The notes under the pieces are model-generated. The model was not told the DNA's origin and did not search any database. It saw nothing but the letters and a program-made list of their open reading frames with translations. From Minutocellus sp. GHC0000111 (Eukaryota): 64,000 nt of DNA. The stretch is taken from contig OZ361260.1 of the NCBI GenBank assembly GCA_977018835.1, forward strand, positions 3,534,001 to 3,598,000, read 5' to 3'. This document shows, one piece after another, positions 47,481 to 58,626 of the stretch. The stretch's first letter is position 1. The number at the start of each line of letters is the position of its first letter. Made by a program: the position numbers and the translations under genes.

Positions 47481-49566
47481 GGTGATCAGACCACTGACTC
47501 AGTGCCCTCTCCTGACCGTTGATCCATGGGCCAACGACATCTCCGATGGCCCATTTTTCATCTACGTAGGTCCTATTAACCTCTACTAGCTATGTCTATC
47601 TAGCTTAGCTTTAGGACCTCTTAGCAGACCTACGTGATACATCTTTTCCACCCGTGCTCGCCCCATTTCGGTTCGCACCTCACCGGTTTGTCTCTTGGGG
47701 GTTCGTTCTCACTCGTCACGCAAGAAAAACCGACACATCTTCAATCGGCCAAAACGACCGTTTCTTTCGACAATATTGGAACGACGATCCAATCCCTTCC
47801 CCGAAAGTCCTGACCAGATCGACCCATCCAATCGATGATCACACTTCTCTGGATCGAACCTTCTGTCGATCACACGTCTCGCAGCAACACCGCCGTGCTG
47901 CCTGTCTTCGCTGACTGAAACACCAGCATGAATCCCGACGCAGTTTTTGGCCAACCTCTCGGCGCAGCGCCGATTCTCCCCACCAAGTTAATCACACGTA
48001 TGAATGACCCAGGACAACCTCCCCAACGCGAGCGTGTTGCCAAAGCGCTCAAGGAACTTCAACAAGCGGCGGCCAGCATTCCAGCAGGGTGTACAATGAC
48101 CACAACCTCGGCCATTTGGGCCTCGTCGTCAGCGATGCCAAATACACCACCAAAAGCAACGGCCGACCACATGTGCCTCCGGCAAATCCTGGCCCCAGCC
48201 CCACCATTCCCGCCGTGGCCAATCTAGACCAACGCGATCGTGCAATCCGGGGATGTTACATCGAAAAGGGCCACTACAACTTGTACGAGCAAGTCAACAC
48301 GGCGCTCAAGAATCTCCTCCTCGACTCGATCGACGCCGTCTACATCAATCATCTCGAAGATGACATGCTCGGTTTCCAGCCAGTCACCATCCGCCAAATC
48401 ATCGACAGCATTGCCGATCGCTACCTGAAATTCAACGAGACTCAGAAGGAGGAATTAGAGAAGCAGCTCGAGAAGCAGTGCGACGGGGGACCCATCGACA
48501 CCCACATCGCCATATTCAACAAAGTCTTCAAGGCGTTTGAAACGGCCGGCGAACCCTTCACCAACAAGCAAAAGGTCTCCAAGTTCTACCGCTCCGTGCG
48601 CAAGTTCTCATTGGCAAAGAAGGCATGCGAGGACTGGGACGACAGACCGGAGGCCGAACGCACGTGGGCCAACATGCAGTCGGACTTCCGCGATTGGTAT
48701 GATAAGAAGATGGCCAATACCACCACCGAAGCGGCAGGATATCATGGCGCGAATTTGGCCTCATCGGCCTCGGACAATCCATTTCTTTCTCGAGCCGATC
48801 TCCTTTTGGCTGATGCCACCGAAGCCCTCAAGACCAACCAAGCCATGATGGCGAACCTCGCCAAAAAGAGCAACGAGAAGGATGATACCATTGCCAAACT
48901 TCGCCAAGAAATTGCTTCACTCAAGGCCGAGAACCGCGTTCTGCGTGAGGGACGCAACCATGCTGGTGGCAGTGGAGGCTACCGCGGCGGTGGCCAGCAG
49001 AACGGCGCCGGCCACTTCCCAGGCCAAGGTCCTAACCTCAACCGCCAGGAGAAGCGGGAACTGCAGTCGATCCTCCCCAGATGCCATTATTGCCACACGT
49101 GCGGCTATTCGTCCAACCACCCCAGCTTTGAATGCACTTGCAAAGGGCCCAACCACGTTGATAACGCCACCAAGTACAATCCTTGCGGTGGTAGCTCGCG
49201 TCGTAACTGAGCGGGAGGGACGGTGGATACTAATCAGTATAAAATAGAGGATAGTATATCTGAATCCACCTCCTCCCCGCCTTCGTTAGCTTTTCTTACG
49301 TCAAAAAGCAAACCTCCAACTCAAGAGCCAATCGTCCTCGCAGCAGATACTGGAACGACGGGACATTTTGTCCAGAAGCCCCAATACCTATCGTACGATG
49401 GCCCTATTTTCAACGTCCAACAGACAGCAATTCCTATCAGCGTCACCCTTCCGGATAATAGCACAATGACGAACACCCACGAGGCCACGCTTCGCCTCCC
49501 TGGGGTTTCCCCATCGGCTAGCAAGGCCTATATTTTCAATAATATGGCATCATCGCTCCTATCGAT
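47481..49566 (+). mobile_element. Truncated second copy of the CoDi-like copia element (partial LTR 47481-47626, gag 47928-49210, protease)
   Basis: Near-identical to 12471-14555. Confidence 0.95.
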
Positions 49567-50160
49567 AGCAGAGTAGTCTGTCACTTCCATCTATCTCAGC
49601 CTCACTTGACTTGTAGATGCCCATGGATCCATTCATGTCAGTTCCAATAATTGGGATGCGACTGTCTTGCTGACACCCATCGAGCACGTTCCGCTGTAGA
49701 CTTTCTAGCAGTGCCAGGTATTCGACCTCTGGATATTTGGAATGTGGCACATACAGTGACATCACTCTGTGTCGAACGATTCTCCCTCTGGTGTCTGTCC
49801 AGTCTAGCCTAGGTCCAGAGACATATATCGCGCCGTTCCTGAGAACATTCCCGACGTGATTGGGTCTACTGATCCTGCTCTTTTCCAAGCTTTCACTGCT
49901 CTCGAACTGAGTGCAATCGCGACTCCTCCATGCATGTGGTTGTTCTCCTGGTCGGCGCCATGAATGAACATTCGCATGTGCTCATTCTCCATCTTCTTGG
50001 TTTGGGGTTGCGCATCTTCCTGTGCGCCGATGTGTTGGATCATAACAACATCGACGCGCCGATCAATCAATGATGTCGTCAACCAACCTGTCGAGCTTGA
50101 GAGCTCCGTTATCCTCCGTGTGATTACATCCGTTCATGTTCAAAGATTTACGGCTACGAG
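49567..50160 (-). pseudogene. Non-LTR retrotransposon APE-type endonuclease fragment
   Basis: VDVVMIQ, GGVAIALS, SLYVPHS and IIGTDMNG (GDxN-like). Frameshifted. Confidence 0.7.
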
Positions 50161-50351
50161 TGAGTGCTAGCTAGCTAGATTGGTCCTTTGATGCTCTATG
50201 ATGATGATTTTGGGTTGTTGGTGTGCCTTCGCTTTCAGGGTGAGCCGTTCCCCGTGCCCTGACCTGTTCTGAACGTGTCATTGAAAGCGAACCCCACATG
50301 CCAGGCAGGCATCGGCAGGCGTACTAGGAATTATTCCTAGTAGGCCTCTAG

Positions 50352-50595
50352 GACCCAGCGCGTGAAAAACGAAGGGAAAAAAGGCCTGTTCTGGAGAAAA
50401 AACTCAACGCGTGCAAAGCAAGGGGAGAGCTCACGAGATGCGCGATAACTCCACTAATATTCGGAATTTTGAACTCGTTGTTTTTGATGACGGTAGAGAA
50501 TTGTAACATCTATTGTGTGTGCAAGTTAGACGTTGGAATTATTTCAAAAAGTTAATTTTTCCAGGATTGACTCCTGTTTTTCACAATTCCGGGTC
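50352..50595. mobile_element. MITE of about 245 bp
   Basis: CTAG-GACCC....GTGAAAAAC at 50348-50370 and GTTTTTCAC....GGGTC-CTAG at 50576-50599. The TSD is CTAG (or TA). Confidence 0.65.
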
Positions 50596-50816
50596 CTAGC
50601 TAGGCAGGGCAGGCAGGCAGATTGCGAACACTAATCAATTGTTTCTGTTGCACCATTATGAGAATAAAAAGAAACCATGCGACCCCTTCCCTCTTTGCGC
50701 TGCTGCTGCTGCTGCAGCGCTGCAGCAGCATGCACGCATGCACTCGCTCATTCGCTCATTCCTCATTCCAAGCACTCCAACCCAGATAACCCAACAAGCG
50801 GCTACCTACTACGAGT

Positions 50817-52304
50817 ATGTCAGGAGACAATCGCAGCACCAGAGTTGCCCTGGCAGCCTTTGCTACCAGTGCCTTCCTCTACCTTCGTCGAAGGCGCCGG
50901 TTAGATCGGCGGGGCGGCAACTCGGATGGGAGGCCCATCCCTGCTGAATTGTCGGGCAGGATTGGCAGTCGAGGCATGGCAGCACTGGGACCAGCGATTC
51001 CCTATTTGGATGCCTTCCTCAAGTGTTTGTTTGACGCATGCGACCCCGAGAGCAATCCCCAGGGGCATATTGCACTGTGTATGGCTGAGAATAAGCTCGT
51101 TACTGAAGTACTTGCACAACGACTCATGCTTCCTGGTACAGCAGTCTCAGCCTTTTCTGATTCCATTGTGTACGGATACAATGGGTTCCTTGGCTTGCCA
51201 CAAGCTCGGGAGGCGGTGGCGTATTTCCTGGCACGAAAGTTTCTTTGCTCTCCCGAGAGAGCTGACCATTTGTCAAAGGAGGAAGCGCATGGCATGATTG
51301 ACCCGCAGCACGTGGCATTCGGCTCCGGTGCTGCCTCTTTGCTCAATTACCTTTGCTTTGCACTCGCTGAGGAGGGCGATGCCGTTCTCATACCAGCTCC
51401 CTATTACGCAGCATTCGAATCTGATATTGCTACGATTGCCAAGTGTGTGCCGGTCCCTGTGATTCAGTCGAATCCTGCTGATGGGCCGACGATAGCAGAA
51501 TTGAATGCAGCCATGACGAAGGCAAAGGCCATGGGCTTGCGACCCCGGATATTGCTGCTGACCAACCCAAACAATCCACTTGGTACCATCTATGAGCCGG
51601 AGGTTATCAAAAGGACAATATCATGGGCTAGGGACCACAAATTGCACACAATTGTTGATGAAATCTACGCACTAAGTGTGAGGAATCGACATTTTGAATC
51701 CGTTCTGCAAACGACGGACAATAAGCTTGGTGTCGATGTGCATTTCCTTTGGGCTCTATCAAAGGATTTTGTTTCGTCAGGTTTTCGCATCGGTATCCTT
51801 TACACTCAAAATGAAGCTCTGCTGAGGACATTACAAAACTTGAACATCTTTAGCGGTGTCAGCCATCCCATGCAAATGATTGCAGCGGAAATCTTGACGG
51901 ACGATGCCTTTGTGGATTCATTCCTGGCCAAATCGAAAGAACAACTATCTCTGGCGTGCAAAGTATGCGCAGAGAAGTTGAACGAGATGGTTGTGCCGCA
52001 TGTCATACCGGAGGCTGGTATGTTCGTCTACGCCGACTTTTCCAACTTGTTGCCATCACAGACGCCGGAGGGAGAAGAGAGATTTGCTGCATTGGTCCAG
52101 GATGCTGCTCGTGTAGTGATGACGCCCGGCCAATCGATGCGCGATCCTCGGGTTGGGTGGTTTCGTATCTGTGTAGCCTACTACCCAGATTTGGAAGTTT
52201 TGAGAATTGCATTGGAAAGACTGTCAAGGTTGATCCTGAAGATCAAGGGCCAGGGGTGGGAAAACATCTCAGCCGATTCGGTGAGGGCTCAGATATTGGC
52301 ATGA
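50817..52304 (+). CDS. ACC-synthase-like PLP-dependent aminotransferase (class I/II)
   Basis: LCMAEN, IPAPYYAAF, LTNPNNPLG, IVDEIYA, LSKDF..SGFRIG, GWFRIC. Confidence 0.9.
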   Translation: MSGDNRSTRVALAAFATSAFLYLRRRRRLDRRGGNSDGRPIPAELSGRIGSRGMAALGPAIPYLDAFLKCLFDACDPESNPQGHIALCMAENKLVTEVLAQRLMLPGTAVSAFSDSIVYGYNGFLGLPQAREAVAYFLARKFLCSPERADHLSKEEAHGMIDPQHVAFGSGAASLLNYLCFALAEEGDAVLIPAPYYAAFESDIATIAKCVPVPVIQSNPADGPTIAELNAAMTKAKAMGLRPRILLLTNPNNPLGTIYEPEVIKRTISWARDHKLHTIVDEIYALSVRNRHFESVLQTTDNKLGVDVHFLWALSKDFVSSGFRIGILYTQNEALLRTLQNLNIFSGVSHPMQMIAAEILTDDAFVDSFLAKSKEQLSLACKVCAEKLNEMVVPHVIPEAGMFVYADFSNLLPSQTPEGEERFAALVQDAARVVMTPGQSMRDPRVGWFRICVAYYPDLEVLRIALERLSRLILKIKGQGWENISADSVRAQILA

Positions 52305-52656
52305 TGTGCGTTGTTTACAACCCAACAGATTAGGTCTAAGGTAATGCCGGTAAAGTAGACTTGCACACGGACAATGCTGGATTTGCATTTGTGCATTTGG
52401 AGCAGCGAGGCCACTTCGGATTGACCTTGACTGCAGGTCAATTCGGCGCCTCCGGGTTTCCCATCATCGGGTCGCGTCGCGTCGGTCGTCGGTCGGTGGT
52501 GCCGATGGCGGATTGCGCCAACGCTCCTTGAGCTCTTGGACCTTACCCTCCTGAGTCGAGTCGTCGAGTCAACTGTACTTGATCGGACGTCGGACCCCCT
52601 CATACTCTAGCTAGTACTCTAGAAGTAGAGAGTAGGACCGCTTCTACTCTGGCACA

Positions 52657-53621
52657 ATGGCGGTCACGATGAACGCCTCGGTACTTTTCTTTTTCAGCAT
52701 CGTCGCCGCCAGAGTGGATGCTTTCACCGCCACTGCTGCCTCGGCACCTTCTCATCGCGCGGCGGCGCCATCGCCGAGCGTCTATCCCTCTCCACCACCA
52801 AACTGCGACTTCAGTGCCGAGGAATGGGAGCAACGATGCGAACTTGCCGTATCGTATCGAATCGCGCACATGGAAGGGTGGGGAATGAACATATTCAACC
52901 ACATCACATTGCAGCGCTAGGTGATGGACCGCACTTCCTTTTGAACGATTATGGTCAAGGATTCGATGAGATAACAGCATCGAATTTGCTCAAGGTGACA
53001 TTGGACGGTACCCAAGTGCCTCCGTCGCAGGGAAGAGTATTCAAACCGGGGTACGTGCTCCACTCAGCTCTTCATGAAGGTCGAGACGATGTCCATGCCA
53101 TTTGGCACTGTCACCAGCTGGAATCAACTGCCATATGCCAAACCACAACAGGGCTCTTACCACTGTCACAGGAAGCAACGTTTGCACTGGCCAAAGGGAT
53201 CGCTTATCATCCATACGAAGGAAGCGTCAATTCACTTGATGAGCAACCGCGCTTTTTGGAGAGCTTGGGACCAACAAATGAGGTCATGATGTTGGAAGAC
53301 CACGGTCCATTGGTAGTAGGTTCACGCCTTGAAGAAGCATTCTCAACCATGTGGTTTCTGACGCGCGCATGTCAGTATCAAGTTCGTGCAATGAGCAGTG
53401 TCGGCGGCGATTTAAGTCGCATCAACGTTCCCACGGAAGAAATCGAAATGGAAATGAACGACCGCGCGGACAAATTTGACGAAGCACCGACCATCAAGGT
53501 CGAAAGAGAAGATGGACAGGAAGAGGAAGTTGTCGAAAAGCACGATACAGAGGCATTGATGTTCCACTGCGCAAGAAGAGCAGCCGAGAGGGAGTTTGGT
53601 GCTGAGAACATTTATATCTAA
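52657..53621 (+). CDS. Class II aldolase/adducin N-terminal domain protein with a signal peptide; frameshift near 52915
   Basis: FNHIT, FLLNDYG..FDEITASNL, LHSALH, HCH, DHG. The frame changes with no GT-AG intron available. Confidence 0.8.
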
Positions 53622-53751
53622 GAATTGTAAATGCAAGGTTCAGCTACTTGCTTGACGCGCCAGGCACGCATACGCTAGCGCTTTTCGCGGTACCACAAAC
53701 ATATCACAAATATTGTACATGTTAGATTATTCATTGCTCTGTATTTATGGT

Positions 53752-56382
53752 CTATTCCATGTCGAAACCTTCAGTATATATTGCAACTTTCAGTCTCTCG
53801 GAGAGAACTTTCTTGCTGTCATAAACAGGGAGGTCGATTCGGTTGAAGCATGTGTGGGCTCTTGGGTATAGGCACGTGTCGACATCAACACCATTGATGC
53901 AGAACTTTTTGATGTTGCCGTCGTTGCCCTGAAGCACAGAAAATCCTCGGGAGGGTACACCGCTCGTGGCCGTAACAAACTGCAACAATCGTGCGCGCAT
54001 CTCATGATCAAAGTCATCTCTGACTATCTCCCAAAACCAACGACAAACTTGGTGGGAGCCCCGCTTGGACTCGAATTTCCCCTTGGACACCCAATCATCA
54101 ACATCGATTGTAGGAAGACCACACATCAGCAATTCCAACTCTTGGAAGTCAAATACGGTGAGAAGAGGCTCGGGGATAACGTCAAAGAATCCGAGAAGTA
54201 GTTCCGTCATTTGAGGCTTGGTTCTATCGAGCATCTTGTATTTCAGGCACGCTTCTAGATATTCAGGCAAATTGTCCTTTGTGACCTCGACATTTGCACC
54301 ATCTGGTATCAGATCGAATGATTCCTTGACTCCCAAAACATCTTCCGTACAGGTGAAGTCTTGGTAAAGGTATTCAATTTCGTCTGGTTTCATTTTGGTG
54401 ATGGACTTCAGCTGCTTGTAGTACTCTTCATCGACCAGCTCGAGATCGCCAAAGGTAATTGGCCACCCCAAAATATGTTTGTACAGGTGGCGAGTCATGT
54501 GGCATGCTACAAGGCGTTGGTCGAAGAGAGCCTTTCCCATGACGCGACCGAGAAAGCGAAAGTAGAGCAAATGATCCTCAGGGCAAGACACTTTAGACAA
54601 GGGGTTGATGCGCATGTTCATCTGGTTCCCAGCTTCGGACAACCACAGTCCCCTGTCGGGGTCGAAGATTTGTTCTGTTACCAGCTGAAACCACTCTCGG
54701 GCCAAACCACCAGCATCAACACCTGGCTCACCCATGAACTCGAAGCGCCATATCTTCCGCAGATCATGTCGACTGAGACTCATAACAGCCGCGATTGAAT
54801 CGGCCAGTAGGAATTGTCGCCGAACGGTAATGCGCATGTGGCCCTCATTCCAGTCCACAGTCAGCCGCGAACAGGTATCATGGAACCACCGCGCCTTTTC
54901 AGCAAAGTCATGGCCCTGGGCGGTCATGATATCGGCATATCCAACAATCTCGCGTCCTTTTCCGTCATCCTTACTGGTCACCTTGGAATCCACCGCAGCC
55001 TCTGATGCTGGAACCAAGCTGAGCATGCCAGTTCGCATCCTCTCATCATTGCCCTCGAGAAATATGAGCCTACGAACATAGGCCGACCGATCGATGTTGA
55101 AACGCGGGCTAAGATCTACATCGCCCTGTTCATCCATCCTCACCCACTGGAACTTCATGTCGGTGACACGGATAGTCCTCGTCCATCCATCCTTGATGGA
55201 ATCGTAGTTCATTTTGAGACTCTCGATCATCTTGGACGATGGCTGTGTCACTGGGAGTTGGAATCGGATCTTCTGTCCCGGGCCAGCATTGGGAGGACAC
55301 GTTACCAAAACCCTCTGACCGCCTGCTAGTAGAGCGAAAGGCTGATTTGATGAAACTCCCGGCGGGACAATGACTTCAAACATTTGCATAGTGAGTTGGG
55401 GACGGGGCGAAGGTACAGGAAGGTCTTCGGGAGGGCGATCCAAATCCGTAACTCCTGAAACTCCAGATGAGGGCTGCGGCTCGGGTGCTGGGGGGACGAT
55501 TCGGACCTGCATCCCTGGATATGCCGTAGGAGGACATTGCACCATCAGCTCCCGACCCTCAACCAACACGCGGAAGTGCGATCCGGGGACAACTCCCGGT
55601 GGAACCACCACCATGTAGGCCTGCTGCTGCTGCGGAGCCGGGGGAGCCGAGGGTGCACTTGGTGGATCAGGGGGGGATATCGTCGAGGTTCCACCGCTGC
55701 CATTGCGAGCATTGATATCATCGTCTTCTGGCTGAGGCGAGCGTCTTCCTTGCTGCTGCTGCCGAATCCGATTCTCCTCCTCCTGCCGGCGTCGTGCTTC
55801 TTCCGCCTCAATGACCGGTTGGTTCGTCAGGGTGGCCTGAGACGACATTCGAACAGCACCACCACCCTCCCCCGTCACACTGGTAAGCGGCGCCATGCCT
55901 AGCTGATTTTGCCGAACGACTGGTTCGGGTGGGACGGTAATTTGGAGCGACTGGCCCGGCCGAACGTCGGGAGGACACCGAACCCGCACGACGCGGGATC
56001 CAGCGTGCACCTGGAACTCCTGATTTGGACCCACTCCCGCCGGAACTGTTACACGAAAGACTTGCGTCGGTCCCGCATCGTTCCGAGATATGGAATACGC
56101 GCCCGGTCGAGAGATGGTCTGCGCGGTGAGGGGTGGTTGCTGCTGGGAGCTACCGCCGCCACCTCCGGACGGCGGGACGGTGGTGTAAGTCGTTGTTACC
56201 ACCCGATTACCTCCACTGGACGTGCTGCTGCTCCCAGCACGAACATTCGACCCGCGGACCACCGTATGCGTTCGAGATGCAGTGGGAGCCGTCGCCGAGG
56301 CCGTGTGGCGATTGTTTCGTGAGGCGCTCCCTCGGTTGCCAGGATACGACGACCTCGACGAAGAGGAGCTGCTGTTTCCCAT
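53752..56382 (-). CDS. HECT-type E3 ubiquitin ligase (NEDD4-like HECT) with MGNS myristoylation signal
   Basis: EPGVDAGGLAREWF, FLGRVMGKAL, LLQFVT, PRAHTCFNRIDLP. Three N-terminal VxVPxGVxPxxxF...CP repeats. Confidence 0.95.
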   Translation of the reverse strand: MGNSSSSSSRSSYPGNRGSASRNNRHTASATAPTASRTHTVVRGSNVRAGSSSTSSGGNRVVTTTYTTVPPSGGGGGSSQQQPPLTAQTISRPGAYSISRNDAGPTQVFRVTVPAGVGPNQEFQVHAGSRVVRVRCPPDVRPGQSLQITVPPEPVVRQNQLGMAPLTSVTGEGGGAVRMSSQATLTNQPVIEAEEARRRQEEENRIRQQQQGRRSPQPEDDDINARNGSGGTSTISPPDPPSAPSAPPAPQQQQAYMVVVPPGVVPGSHFRVLVEGRELMVQCPPTAYPGMQVRIVPPAPEPQPSSGVSGVTDLDRPPEDLPVPSPRPQLTMQMFEVIVPPGVSSNQPFALLAGGQRVLVTCPPNAGPGQKIRFQLPVTQPSSKMIESLKMNYDSIKDGWTRTIRVTDMKFQWVRMDEQGDVDLSPRFNIDRSAYVRRLIFLEGNDERMRTGMLSLVPASEAAVDSKVTSKDDGKGREIVGYADIMTAQGHDFAEKARWFHDTCSRLTVDWNEGHMRITVRRQFLLADSIAAVMSLSRHDLRKIWRFEFMGEPGVDAGGLAREWFQLVTEQIFDPDRGLWLSEAGNQMNMRINPLSKVSCPEDHLLYFRFLGRVMGKALFDQRLVACHMTRHLYKHILGWPITFGDLELVDEEYYKQLKSITKMKPDEIEYLYQDFTCTEDVLGVKESFDLIPDGANVEVTKDNLPEYLEACLKYKMLDRTKPQMTELLLGFFDVIPEPLLTVFDFQELELLMCGLPTIDVDDWVSKGKFESKRGSHQVCRWFWEIVRDDFDHEMRARLLQFVTATSGVPSRGFSVLQGNDGNIKKFCINGVDVDTCLYPRAHTCFNRIDLPVYDSKKVLSERLKVAIYTEGFDME

Positions 56383-57561
56383 GGTCTTGATTCTTCTTGT
56401 ATTCGTTTCGTTTTGTTTGTGCTTGAATTGGATTACTGAGTTGTGTTTTGTCAAATAAATGGTCGGATTGAATCAATCAAACCAATCCAGCCGGCTTTTC
56501 TTGCTTGCTTGCTTGCTTTTCTCGCCGAATGCGAAGCTTAGTCGGATCTGAATCGTTCGGTTTCTTGGGTCAAAAGACAACAATGCAATCGCCCCCCAAC
56601 GCTCAGATAAAACAGCCAATCACCTCAGGAATGTTCTTGAATGCAATGCAACCAAGTCCCGTATCCTGACAGGTAACCAATTCAATTCCTCCCAATACGA
56701 TCTCCTTTCTTGCACGATGTGCTAATCGTAGTTCGTGCTTGATGAGTGGTCACCGCCGGAGAAAAACCGAAAGACCCCAAAAAACAATCACCAATGCGCT
56801 CTCTTCCAGAAGGGATTTTTATTAGAGTATAGATATCTGCTCTCTTTTCAGTTCCTTCGTTTGCGACAGGGGAGCAAACATAACAGTGGGCCGGATACGA
56901 CCGTTGTTCGACACATCATGTATGTGTCGATTTTCTCACGAGCCAGAACCGCGGGACCAACCATGAACCAACTCCCGCACGCTCTGTGTGGCGTGCTCAC
57001 AATTTCACCGAACAACAAAGAGCCTCGAGCCAAGCAATACCACCAGCAACTCCCTGCCATGTGCTGATTGATAATCGACGCCGTCGTCGGCATCTGCAGC
57101 CTATCTCACAAACTCATCAAAAGTGCCGTCGGAGCCATCTCCGCATCTTCTTCTCATCCAGACGAAAGCTCGGCAGCCAAAAAAGCCGACCTCGGAGAAA
57201 CTGCGAGGACGCATTCGTGCCATTCTACGTCTCGTCAGGATTGTTGCAATACCAATAGTAACAACAGCACCAGTCTAGGACAGAAGTACTGCGTCCTTAA
57301 CGCCGGCGGTGGTGGAGGATGACGCCTGTAGGTGGTGGCAGTGGGTCTCCGTCATTGTCTCATGGCACGTTCTCTTCCCGGAGTGACGTGTCGGTAACGA
57401 AAAACAATGACAATGAGAACCCCTTGCCGCCGCCAGCGACCACGACCGAGACTGCTCCAAAGTGCACCAACTGACAGTTTACCCCCAAGTCCAAGAAAGT
57501 GCACGATGCCGCCGCCGCTACTGCTTCAGCTGCAGCTGCAGGTGGTGCTGGTGACCAGGTA

Positions 57562-58250
57562 ATGGAACTTCTGGTAAACCAATCTGAGAAAATTGCATTG
57601 TCAATTCTTCGAGGCGGTGGTGACGATGGGAACATCAAGACATGGTTTGATAAGCAATTGCAAGAGAATGAAATCACTGGCTTTATATTTACAGAGGAAT
57701 CTGGTGAATAATCTGACCAGACTATTTGGCAGCCTTTGATCACATCGTTTCGTCCGCCAATGTTTCTAGCAAGAATTGCACGATCAGACTTTATGCACTG
57801 TCCAGCGAACGGCAAGACGCCTCCAGTGCCGCCATGCGAAATTGGAATCTGTCCAATTACGCAGCGGTCATTGGCGACCATGAGAACAAACTCGTGCAGT
57901 ACATCAAAGACACCTACCTCCCTAACCTTCACATCACCGACTGTTCGCGCATGATGGAGCTCGACCCGGAACTGACCGTGAAGAATTATCCACACGGAGC
58001 CGTTCAACCAGCCGTGCTGATATTTGTCGGCGATCGGCCTGCACTGGGTTGGGCATGCATCCCGACAGCCGCCAATCTCCAAGGATCACTAGGCAGGCCC
58101 AACCTTGATGCATGTTGGAATGTGGTCGAGCAATGTGTGAGGATGAAACGGGAGGGCAAGACCTTTGATGTGGTCGACGGAGAAACACTGCCCAAGACAG
58201 CTACCTGTGGGCAGGCTTGCAGAAATTGCTGCCACTGCATTATACTCTAG
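57562..58250 (+). CDS. Hypothetical protein (possibly thioredoxin/AhpC-like) ending in a CaaX motif; interrupted near 57705-57732
   Basis: GAVQPAVL...W..IPTAANLQGSLGRP and C-terminal CCHCIIL*. Confidence 0.5.
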
Positions 58251-58626
58251 CTAGGCCCAGCAGACTAGGTATCAATAGAAGGAAGAATATGACTCCCAGC
58301 GGCGCAGTCAATGATAGGGTTGGAATGACGATACCGAGTCTCTTTTAGCTCGGTTTCTGACGCATCTTTTTTGTTGAACTCCGTGCAAAGGGATCTGATC
58401 GATAGTGCACGCAAGGGTCGAAGGAGTGAGATCATGTGTACCCTACAACCAGTAATGTGAATGATGTGGTGAATGATTGAACCGGCAAAGCACTTGAAAT
58501 ACTGCTACTAAGTTGGTTCCTTTGGCCCGAGACGGCATATATACATATAATCAAACGACATCAATTGTATAAATGTGTACATCTAGAGCCTATTACCTAA
58601 TCTACTTGAATCGGTCGGGTCTTTCT

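Noticed and set aside
51950..52010. Possible spread of TpA mutation into the ACC-synthase-like gene (LACKV, VPHV)
   Set aside because: It cannot be polarised without orthologues, and the rest of the gene retains Tyr codons.
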